DNA from: Harriotta raleighana
Taxonomy: Eukaryota
NCBI GenBank assembly: GCA_050575255.1
Contig: JBNZDD010013683.1
Location: 3,600,929-3,664,928, forward strand
Direction: 5' to 3'
Length of the DNA stretch: 64,000 bases
Shown: positions 12,266 to 23,535 of the stretch, piece after piece
Layout: each line of letters starts with the position of its first letter
How positions within the stretch are numbered: the first letter of the stretch is position 1
The notes under the pieces: model-generated
What the model saw: only the letters and a program-made list of their open reading frames with translations
Told to the model about the DNA's origin: nothing
Database searches by the model: none
Made by a program: the position numbers and the translations under genes

Positions 12266-13780
12266 CTACACCATTAACACACAGACAGTGAGTGCACTTA
12301 GACATGGAGCAATTTCGCACACCCAAAGCCAGTCGAAATGTGAAAGCTGATACCGATCTATACATCACATCCCTTCCAAGAGACATCCATTGCAAATACG
12401 TGTTCAGGATCAAGAACAGAGCTTATTCGCAATCTGATCAACGGAATTTATGGCAGGACCAAAAAGATGATTCTCTCAGGTACAAAACAGAGAGTGTTGC
12501 TGGCAGTGAAAAGGAGGCTGCCGCAACATGAGGAATGCAAAGGAAACAAAGGAAAGAGCAACTCGTGGGCTTTCTTATGGCTCCCCACCACACCCTCCAC
12601 ACACTAGAACATTGGAAGATTGCAGGGAACAGGGATTTGGTGAGGAACAGCATCCAGCAAACCAAGCTAAGAACCAGTTAAAATCATCTGAATGAGAAAT
12701 GCAAAGTGGATGACACAGTTTCCAACCACTGTGCAATTCTTTTGGTACATCATTCAAGTCATTTGCAGCACTGTCAGTCTTTGTAGGGTAGCTACAAAGC
12801 TGTGACCGCATCTACTGGACTTTGCAGTTGTAACAACACTTCCAGAAGATGGATGATTCATCCAGAGTGCTGTCAATTTAATGAAGTCAGGAAAGAAAAC
12901 ATGACCTTGTTGATCTATAGACAGTTGGAAGGTGATTTTTTTTTCTAAAAAAAAGCACAACAGCAAAAGCATGTGCTTTAGCTTCAAGCATCAAGACCAA
13001 AATAAGTAAAAATATTGTCACGATAATTTTTGAGGTAAACATATTTAGAACTCAACCAATTAATTTTGCTACTTGACTTTCCAATGGGTTCTAAAATGCT
13101 TGACATTTCAAGTGTATATTGGGATAGTTTATCATCGGCGGTTTTTAAGGAGGGGGTAAAAGTCTTCGGTCTTTTCATTTGTTTGCGAAACTTGTACACA
13201 ATAATGGTGAATGGGTTGAAATCATTTGCACACAATCATGGCTCTCATTCCCCCTTGAACAAAAGCAATGTTTGCTAAACACTTAACACAATATTATTAC
13301 AATTTATTGACTTTTTATACACAACACTTTATGAACTTTTCTTCCTCAAATAGACTCAAACCCAACCTAGATATTCTGCATAAATATATCTAACATAAAA
13401 CTAACTTCAGTAATTTGTACTAAGCGTTAGATAAAGAGGTTTGAGTGAGCACAGATAAATACAGGATACAGCTATTCGTTTCCCGATACATAGGAAACTT
13501 TCACCAGCTTGGCAACTCTGGTGAAACTTTGATTGTGATTTCAGCCACCCTCAGATCTTCTCCACCCTTCACCCTCCCTTAAGCTACCCCCACAATGTCC
13601 AGAGCCTTGGGATGTCCTCCCAACCTGAATGGCACTGCAAAAATTTATTTTCGTATTGTATCGTACGACCCTTCTCTGAGCTAACCCAAAGGCTTCTATT
13701 CTTCTGGATCTGTCAGGCAGGGTGAGGCAAGCGTTCCTATCTATCAACTCATGGTTTGTACCAGGAATGCGCTGACTTAC

Positions 13781-13957
13781 CAGGCACCGGCACTGCTGGC
13801 AGCTGAAGGTCCAGAGATCACCACTGCGATACACCAAGTGGCCATTCTGGTGCAGGCATTGGCTGGTCTCTCTGGTGTCGCACTCTGGACAGCAGAAGAG
13901 ATCCACATTGGTGTTGCGACAGTCACACACTGTCCTTCTGCAGAAAATCTTCCCATC
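13781..13957 (-). CDS. NELL1: NELL1 177-bp VWC exon, copy B (probably the same exon assembled twice)
   Basis: Same exon sequence and splice sites as 15448-15624, offset 1667 bp, on the other side of the N gap at 14362-14623. Confidence 0.8.
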
Positions 13958-15447
13958 CTGTGAGGAGAAAACAGGAATTTTCAGTCAGAGGACGAGCCAT
14001 CCAATTCTTAAGTTCTGTCTTCACTTGTATGTAAGCTGGATCCTTTGGTGAACTGTGGGGAAACTCGCTTCTAGAGAAAGAATGAAATTAGAAATGTTCT
14101 CCAATTCTGAGCAATCTTCAAATCTTCAATTGAGGCTGAAATGAAGTATAATTTGGGAAACGTTGGGAACTTGTTTTTCTAAACATGCATGACCAAAGTT
14201 CAGTCCAGTTTTGAGTCTTCGTTGCTGAGGAATTCTATGTGTACCACATTGGCGTTGCCATTGTCTGAATGATAATAATACTTATAATAAATAAGCCTTG
14301 CATTTGATATAGCGCCTTATCACATCTCGAGATGTCTCAAATCGCTTCACAAAATATACTGNNNNNNNNNNNNNNNNNNNNNNNNNNNNNNNNNNNNNNN
14401 NNNNNNNNNNNNNNNNNNNNNNNNNNNNNNNNNNNNNNNNNNNNNNNNNNNNNNNNNNNNNNNNNNNNNNNNNNNNNNNNNNNNNNNNNNNNNNNNNNNN
14501 NNNNNNNNNNNNNNNNNNNNNNNNNNNNNNNNNNNNNNNNNNNNNNNNNNNNNNNNNNNNNNNNNNNNNNNNNNNNNNNNNNNNNNNNNNNNNNNNNNNN
14601 NNNNNNNNNNNNNNNNNNNNNNNACAACAGCAAAAGCATGTGCTTTAGCTTCAAGCATCAAGACCAAAATAAGTAAAAATATTGTCACGATAATTTTTGA
14701 GGTAAACATATTTAGAACTCAACCAATTAATTTTGCTACTTGACTTTCCAATGGGTTCTAAAATGCTTGACATTTCAAGTGTATATTGGGATAGTTTATC
14801 ATCGGCGGTGTTTAAGGAGGGGGTAAAAGTCTTCGGTCTTTTCATTTGTTTGCGAAACTTGTACACAATAATGGTGAATGGGTTGAAATCATTTGCACAC
14901 AATCACGGCTCTCATTCCCCCTTGAACAAAAGCAATGTTTGCTAAACACTTAACACAATATTATTACAATTTATTGACTTTTTATACACAACACTTTATG
15001 AACTTTTCTTCCTCAAATAGACTCAAACCCAACCTAGATATTCTGCATAAATATATCTAACATAAAACTAACTTCAGTAATTTGTACTAAGCGTTAGATA
15101 AAGAGGTTTGAGTGAGCACAGATAAATACAGGATACAGCTATTCATTTCCCGATACATAGGAAACTTTCACCAGCTTGGCAACTCTGGTGAAACTTTGAT
15201 TGTGATTTCAGCCACCCTCAGATCTTCTCCACCCTTCACCCTCCCTTAAGCTACCCCCACAATGTCCAGAGCCTTGGGATGTCCTCCCAACCTGAATGGC
15301 ACTGCAAAAATGTATTTTCGTATTGTATCGTACGACCCTTCTCTGAGCTAACCCAAAGGCTTCTATTCTTCTGGATCTGTCAGGCAGGGTGAGGCAAGCG
15401 TTCCTATCTATCAACTCATGGTTTGTACCAGGAATGCGCTGACTTAC

Positions 15448-15624
15448 CAGGCACCGGCACTGCTGGCAGCTGAAGGTCCAGAGATCACCACTGCGATACA
15501 CCAAGTGGCCATTCTGGTGCAGGCATTGGCTGGTCTCTCTGGTGTCGCACTCTGGACAGCAGAAGAGATCCACATTGGTGTTGCGACAGTCACACACTGT
15601 CCTTCTGCAGAAAATCTTCCCATC
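15448..15624 (-). CDS. NELL1: NELL1 exon (VWC), 177 bp, phase 0-0; copy A
   Basis: Acceptor ttctcctcacAG|GATGGG and donor CTG|GTAAGT. Translates DGKIFCRRTVCDCRNTNVDLFCCPECDTRETSQCLHQNGHLVYRSGDLWTFSCQQCRCL. Confidence 0.92.
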
Positions 15625-16170
15625 CTGTGAGGAGAAAACAGGAACTTTCAGTCAGAGGACGAGCCATCCAATTCTTAAGTTCTGTCTTCACTTGTATGTA
15701 AGCTGGATCCTTTGGTGAACTGTGGGGAAACTCGCTTCTAGAGAAAGAATGAAATTAGAAATGTTCTCCAATTCTGAGTAATCTTCAAATCTTCAATTGA
15801 GGCTGAAATGAAGTATAATTTGGGAAACATTGGGAACTTGTTTTTCTAAACATGCATGACCGAAGTTCAGTCCAGTTTTGAGTCTTCGTTGCTGAGGAAT
15901 TCTATTTGTACCACATTGGTGTTGCCATTGTCTGAATGATAATAATACTTATAATAAATAAGCCTTGCATTTGATATAGCACCTTATCACATCTCGAGAT
16001 GTCTCAAATCGCTTCACAAAATATACTGCAAAGTGAATCATGGGAGAAACTCAGCAGGCAATTGCGCACAGCAGAATTTGGTGGGCTTGCGCGCAGAAGG
16101 GCACTCAGTTACAAAGTGAAACTCCCCCATTGTCAATTACAATAACGCCATGTGAAATGCAGACACTTAC

Positions 16171-16364
16171 CTGACATGAGCAGACGGAGCAACGGTCATC
16201 GGTCAGAGTCCAGACCTGTCCGTTGTGTTTCAGCCCTCCATCATGGGGACAGTCGCCTGTGCAATGCTCCCCGTACGGACAACGGCAGTCAAACCCACCT
16301 TCCAGGTTCACACAGACAGAGTCGTTCCAGCAGCTGTGCATTCCGGTGACACATTCGTCAATAT
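16171..16364 (-). CDS. NELL1: NELL1 exon (Ca-EGF plus start of VWC), 194 bp, phase 1-0
   Basis: Acceptor ttttcctcccAG|ATATTG and donor CAG|GTAAGT. Translates DIDECVTGMHSCWNDSVCVNLEGGFDCRCPYGEHCTGDCPHDGGLKHNGQVWTLTDDRCSVCSCQ. Confidence 0.95.
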
Positions 16365-19300
16365 CTGGGAGGAAAAGAAAATATCGCAGTTGAGCGATCG
16401 TGTCCCCCCACTTTGCGGACTTAAAATGCACGCCAATGGTTTCACAACCGGCATCCAAAACCGATCACTTATTATGCAACCAATCAACTGCTGTCACTCT
16501 CCCTCCTGTTGTGGACAGATTCTCATTTACTTGATTGACAATAGATTCATCGCGTACAGAAAAGGCAGTTAATTTATCGTGGGGTTTGTTAATTAACGCA
16601 ACAATCAATAAGTCAATTACAAATTGCGATAAATTGCCATTTACAACAATGAATCATTGGTCTCATCAAAGAGCTATGAAGTGCTGTCAATATTCTGATG
16701 TGATCGGTGCCATACCAACCACAAGGAGTATTACTTTGATGAAAAACGAGACAAACAGTTCACGTTTACATTGTGCCTTTCACATTGGGAGGAGGTCTCA
16801 AAGTAATGCACATTGCTGACTGGGCACCCAATCGGGGGGAGGGTAAAGGGTTGTGTGGCTGGTAGCTAAAAGGGTCAGGAATGGTGTGTGTGGGGGGTGG
16901 TGGGCACGGATGGAAAATTAGAGGAGACTGTGTGGACAAAGAGGTACGTGTGATAGTGGGGAAAGGGCAATTGAATTAGTTGGGAGTCCCAGAGCAAAGC
17001 CGGAATGGTTGCAAGCTCATCCATGGATGCTTTTATTTCACGAGGCACCAACAACAAGAAAATTACACTTGTATAGTGCCTTTCACAACAGAAAGACATC
17101 CCAAGGTGCTTCAAACCAATACACAACCATGCATGCATCAGATTGGAGTCTTTAGACCTTAACCCGCAGCTCAAATGTTCCACACCTGTGCATCTTTGAA
17201 AACATTTCCTCGGTTTTAATTGTTCCAGGTTCTGTTTGCTGACTAATACAATCCAATTCAAATAAACCTGGGCTTGCACAGCATCATAGTAATATAGTGT
17301 CACGCAAGGTACAAAAATGGACTTTGAACCCAAATGTTGTGCTCTGACATCTCAGTATTCAAAGCGTCATTTTCAATAAGTAGTACAATGTTCTCCTATC
17401 AATTTTAATTGGGTAGCAGAGCCCAATGGACTTCACAGACCTGGCACACACAAAAAAAATCAACATTACGAACAGTGGGAGGTCAACATTTGGAAATTGG
17501 TGCACTCACTGACTCTCCTTAATTAAGTGCAAATGAGCTGGAGGTGAAGTGGATGACTGGGAAGTACCTTTTGTGAGGAGTGGGGACTGATTGGGTAGAA
17601 CTGGAGCATTTTGCGAGCTGTGAAACAGCTCGGGTCACAGAGTCAAATCTGTAATAGGTGCTCGAATGCCTCTTACTTAAATACATTGCGTATTTTTTGC
17701 AGCACCTTATCACAACAACAAAAACAATTCTCTCAAAGAATGCTTCAGCAAATGATGTCGAGCATGGCAGCCATTCTGCACATCAAAATCACACAAATAG
17801 CCATGGGGGTGGGTGGGGGCATGAATTTGTGAACAAAAAAGAGCACGTGGCATTTGGTCGAAGAATGGTGGACAGCTCACCACTCCTATTCACTTCAAGA
17901 CAATCCTTTATGTGGTGTTGCAAACTTAAGCCCGTTAAGCTACGTCTCAACAGGTTTGAAAGATTTGAATGAGTTAAAAGATATTTTGGAAACTTCAGCA
18001 CTGAAGTTGAAAATGTTGGGAGGGCACGGTGCTAAAAATACAGCAAACTTGAATAAATCCTGCATTTCTTGACCTCTGTGAGTAACCCCAAAGAAAGAAC
18101 TGCATCTACGCCATGAAAACATAAATAATGTGAGCATACAGATTTAGCATTGCACTCCTCAAATTCATCAATAATTCACGATTCTACTGTGTATCTTCTA
18201 TTCCTTTGTTATACTCACAGCAACCCACGAGTTATACAACTGGCCGACTTACAATTCTCAGTGTGCACTTTTAGCAATGAGGTAATTGTGATAAAAAGTT
18301 ACTCTTCGCGTACTCGACACTCTTATCTAGCTTTGGCGACTTACAGCAAGGATCTCAGCAAGTTCCAATTGTAGTTGTATCAGAGAATCACTTACTACAG
18401 CTGTAGAGATCTGTTTCCCCTTCCATTAGATAAAAACTAAACTGATTCTGTTGGTGTTTTTTATGTTCTGGGCAAGGTAATGTAAGGAAGGTAGGTAGGT
18501 GTAAAATCCCACTCACTCCTTCGCACTTGTAGAGAGTAAACTTCTGTTTTGTTTAGTGCAGGGGTAGGGAAAAAATGATGCATGCACACACTCTAGTGAA
18601 AATAATGATACTATGACCTTGAGTTCTCTTCATTTAAAGAATGAAACTGATAGAACTTACGTTACATTCGGATTGTACTTATGGTTGCCTTTATCTTTTC
18701 AATAATACCTCGTATGTTCCACACTGATTCAGCGCTCGGTTATTTTGCAGCTGACACCTTTAAAGTTGTAAAGATTAGGTTTTAATGGATTTTTCGAAAT
18801 ACAGTGGACAAAGGGTAATACTGAGCAATTCGGCATGCGTCATAAGCAACCTGTGTCCCTTTGGCATGAAGCGAATTTGTTGAAATGCAAGCTTTTGCTT
18901 TCTGGGGTTCTCCGCTCGATTACATGTCTGCATTTGACGGTGATTCAACAGCAACAAGTAATCAGATGTCCATTGGAAGGGACATAGAATTCACATTCCC
19001 TGTGTCAGAGCTTCTCGGAAAGACTCGGTTTCAAATCACAGGAATATGATGGAATTTTAGCCTTTGATTTCAATTCATCTGGGCTCAACTGTCCATTATG
19101 TTCGGTTGATGTAGACCAGATAAACCTTGTAGGCAATGACAATGATTCCTTAAAGTCCAGTCCTTCTTATTAGTCTCTCCCCTGATGATGGAAGCAACTA
19201 AAAGGTATTATTTTCTCAATGGTATACATTTATTGTGTGAAATTTAAAAAATAAATAACTATATTTTCTTTGAAATTCTTCAGAACAACATTTTCTTGCA

Positions 19301-21375
19301 CAAGGAAAATACATTTCCTAAGGTTGTAAGTTGACACTGATTCTGCTATCAATACTGTCCCCTATGGATCACATTAGGATAAGGGTTTCCAGTGATGAAG
19401 AAAACCTTTTGTACAAATGGTTAACTATCCCTGAATGTTGTCAGAATATAACAACACTGCCAAAGTTCCACAAACTATATACCTGCCCCTCCTTCTAAAA
19501 CTCTTCATCTCTGTACATTGATAATCAATGATGCACTGATGATCAATGGACAGTCAACGTTTTTTGGTGGGGTGGGGGGGTCAGCTGGGTGTGTGACACA
19601 TGTAGAAACCAATCACCGTGCTTAAGAGCACCAAACTGAGAATTCCATGCATCCCACTGACATATGGAAATTCCAGAGATAGATTCTGTCACAGTCAACA
19701 CTGACACACTACAACTCTATCCTTAAGTGGATCCATGTCAACAGAAACAACAATGTGTCCACAAGGATCTGCTACCCCCTTTTTTTTCTCTCTCTAAGGC
19801 ACACTGACCAACAACTGGAACATGTGAAAGAATGATGTTAGTTGTATTTAGAAGCACGTAGTTGTATTCAGTACAAGTGTTTAGCTGCATTTAGATGCGC
19901 AGAGAATCGTCGTGAGCCCCATCATTTTCCTGGCAATTAATGATCTGGCAACATGTTGGGGCGCTAAATCTTCCCTAACATGATGGAATTACGAGACAAA
20001 ATGCTTCTCTCACAGCTTGTTATATAATAGAGGTGTAAAAGCACTCTGTATGTTTTGCTCGGGATAAAATTTACACCCAAACAAAATATTAAAACCCATA
20101 ATAATCAGGGGAGGTATGACAATTGATTCCAAAACAAGCAGAGCACATGGTCACAGGGATTATTTACACAACGAACAACATCATTCTGGCACCCATTACA
20201 GGGTAGTAAATAAAAGTTTTCCTTGTGGGCCATATGCTATTACTGTATATAATTGTACAGTACTCCCAATAAACTGAGTTGATACCTGAGGACATATCCT
20301 CAGCCATACAGAGAGGTGATCAAGCATACTATTTATCCCAGCACTGAGAAGAGATTGTTATAGTCTGTGCTAAGAGAAGATAGATTCCTAAAATTCCTCC
20401 ATTCAGTGACACATTTTCCTCCTGTTTAGCACATCTCCACTCATGCGTTCCTCTTGAGTTCCTTATGAGAGAGGTTATCATTTCAAGGGCATTCGGTCGT
20501 CTTTTATAATAACGTGCAACTCCAAGTAGTACGGCATCTGAGACTAAACTCTTTCAGAAATTGTTGGAGCAATGTATGCAAATTCCTTCTTTGTGAAACA
20601 CCAAATCGATTCCTGTAACCTTGGGTTTGAATGTTATTTTCTGCACTTTATCACCTTTATGCAATGAGCCATATTCATTAACAAAGGTCAAGCGTCTCAT
20701 TAACAGTTATTAAAGGGCTACATTTACATAATGTCATTTAGTTTTTCATTCAATGGCTTTAACTTACCATCGACAGTAAATTACTTGGTGGTTAGTCAGA
20801 AAACGGCAATCTTGCAGCTAGATCATAAATCTCTGTGGCAGTCACTCATTAACTGACAAGATGCCTTAATACTTAAAGCAAGACTCTTTTGTCTATAATG
20901 TCCGGTTTCGACTGGTACTATACTCACAGCATCATCCACTTTCTGTGTTCATTCATGCGTGTTTAGAATCAGTAAAATCCAATTTACATAGCAAACCCAC
21001 CCAGAGTCTCACCCTGAGCAAATAAAACATACATACACAAATCAAGTACTTTGTTTATCCAAACCTCGATGCTTATTCATCATGCATTATAATGCAATCA
21101 TTTTTTTATAAAGTTCCGTGTTGCAACATGGTAATTTAAAACTTTACATCAGATCAATCATGGTATTTCCGGCACATTCAGAAGAACAATGACTGTACAC
21201 ACAGCAACCACTCCGTACATTATTATCTATACATTATTAATCATAAGATTTACATATGCTCACTCAACACCAATATGTAGGAATTTTCTCCCTTGCAAGC
21301 AAAGTCAATGTATCATGTATATAAAAGATAAGCACTGAAAAGCAGCAAAGACCCGTCAGCCTGTGCACACACTCA

Positions 21376-21555
21376 ATAATAATCCTTGCATCTGATATAG
21401 CATCTTATCACATCTTGAGGATGTCTCAAAGCACTTTACAGAATATACTGTGAAATAAGTTGACTGTATTTTGTGGGCAAAACTTGGCAGTCAATTGCGT
21501 AGTGTCCCATAAACAGTCGTGGATTGAAGTAACCAATTTTTTTTGAAGGAATTAT
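21376..21555 (-). mobile_element. Family A SINE 3' fragment
   Basis: aataataatccttgcatctgatatagc...gtgtcccataaacagtcgtggattgaa. Similar fragments at about 14272-14361, 15939-16075, 24035-24150, 25149-25410, 32003-32137, 55945-56045 and 60530-60670. Confidence 0.75.
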
Positions 21556-23085
21556 TACCCCATTAAAGCAATCCGCCAATCGACTTACAACCGGGTTCTT
21601 ACTTACTGCTAGGTATCCAGAGTGTGTGGAGTAAGACTCTCATTAAAGTGACCTTGTGTCATCAATCATAATAAATCTATTTAACTATCACTATTTTATT
21701 CCCAGTTTTATTCAGCTGGGCTGTCACTTTCTATAGTCTGTTTTATATCAAAAAACAAAATAAAAATCAGATTCAGAGGGGAAATGTTGATTAAGAAGCA
21801 GATAAAATTTGAGTGAATAGAATTCAACATTTGTTTTTAAAAAAGTTAATTTGCTTGACGTGTTCATTGAAAAAAAATAAAAGGATACAAGTACAACAAG
21901 CTTGGCCCAAAAATACTCCCATTAAATCCTAGAAATGAATGAGAAATCTCCGATTACCACTGGCTGTCTTTTTGGTCTTAGCTGCCGTTTCATTGCTTCT
22001 GAAAAACAGTCGGACACTTCAACCAGTCTCTCAGCTTTGCCATGACAGCGGTTTGCAATGGTCATCTTGTTGCCTCAAAAAGATACTGTGGAACAGGACA
22101 AGCCTCAGTATAATTATGATTGCCTGGACATAATGATGTGAGTCAGCCCTGAGCAAATTGTTAGCTGCTGGGAATGTACTGCAGCCATGGCAGCTCCTCC
22201 AGGTGGTGTCAGGAGAGAGGCTGCAGTGGGAATTTGGGGTCTCTCGACGCAATTTGTGATTTACAACTGGTAAACCGAACCGAACGGCTGGGATTTTGAC
22301 AACCAACGTGCAGTGTAAACTCAGGATTCCCTACCAGTGAGAAATAAGCCGACAACGGACAGAATAACTGCAAGAAATATAAATGAAACGCAATTGTCAT
22401 ACGCAAAGGGCAACCATATCCGTAGCTTCTTTTAAACAGCGTCTCGGAAGAGATGACCAGCATAAATAACAGATGGAGGGAAGTGTTTCGTAAAGACTGC
22501 AATCATGTCCGCACCAAGAAAATAACAGATAGAAGTAATTTAAAGACTATTATCTAGTTCGGATTGAGTCAATGACATCACCTGTACTCTTTGATTATTT
22601 TTCAAACTTGCAATTTCTTTCCTCTGATATCCATTATTTAACTCCATAATTCATAGGAACATTTCCCAAAGGATTGAACTACTTTTGCTCTTTGTAGAAA
22701 ATCAAACATGCTAATACCTAGAGTTTGTCTCGACTCTTTGATGCACGGAAGGTGTCATATGAACAATACCAACATGTATAACTGTAGTGATCACAACAGC
22801 TAAGCTGTCACATTACTTCACAAACACTTGGAGCAGATGCTAACAAACCATTATCCCATCTGCTGGCAATGTCTATACATTTCTGAGAAGGTGATGATGT
22901 CACACAGTGAAACACTGAACTGCATGAAGGAAGCTATACGCTTAATAATTCACATGATAAAATGATGCAATAACAACATCCTTTTATGCTGCCTTGATTT
23001 AAGTGTCAGCTGATACCTCAGTTGCTGGCACTTTCACCTTTGAAGCAAAAAGTTGTGGGTTTCAAAGCTTATGTCCTGCACCAAG

Positions 23086-23365
23086 CTCCACAATCACATC
23101 ACTCCCACCCTTGCCTGGCTCCCCATCCCCTAGAGGATCGAATTCAAGATCCTCATCCTCACTTTCAAGGCCATTCACGGTCTTGCCCCCTCTTCTCTCT
23201 CCAACCTGCTGACTCCCTATGAACCTTCCCGCCCCCTCCATTCAGCGGACTCCGGTCTGCTCCTTGTTACCCACCCGACTTGTCCTTCCATGAGTCCCCA
23301 CACTCTGGAACTCCATTCCACAGTCCCTTCACTTTGCTTTCTCTCTTGCCAGCCTTCCCAATTCC
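23086..23365 (+). mobile_element. L2 ORF2 C-terminal fragment
   Basis: HITPTLAWLPIP*RIEFKILILTFKAIHGLAPSSLSNLLTPYEPSRPLHSADSGLL. Confidence 0.85.
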
Positions 23366-23369
23366 TCCC

Positions 23370-23535
23370 TGTCGAGAATGGGGGAGATGGGGTCACGGAG
23401 CTTGGAGTGATGGAGGACACGGGCCGCAGATTTCTGGATTATCTGTAGCCTATGGAGGGAGGAATTAGGAAGGCCGGCAAGCAGGGCGTTGAGTAGTCGA
23501 GCACACACACAGAGCCCGAAGCCTGAAATGTTCCA
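23370..23535 (-). mobile_element. L2 ORF2 fragment (the segment normally just upstream of HITP), in opposite orientation
   Basis: NALLAGLPNSSLHRLQIIQKSAARVL...PISPIL. Confidence 0.85.

Larger units (their letters stand above)
12957..16028. repeat. 1405-bp direct duplication (12957-14361 and 14624-16028) around a 262-N gap
   Basis: Copies differ by about 11 substitutions counted by eye, and both end exactly at the gap edges. Confidence 0.95.

Noticed and set aside
14332-14709. ORFs spanning N runs (also 45485-45989)
   Set aside because: Artefacts of translating gaps.
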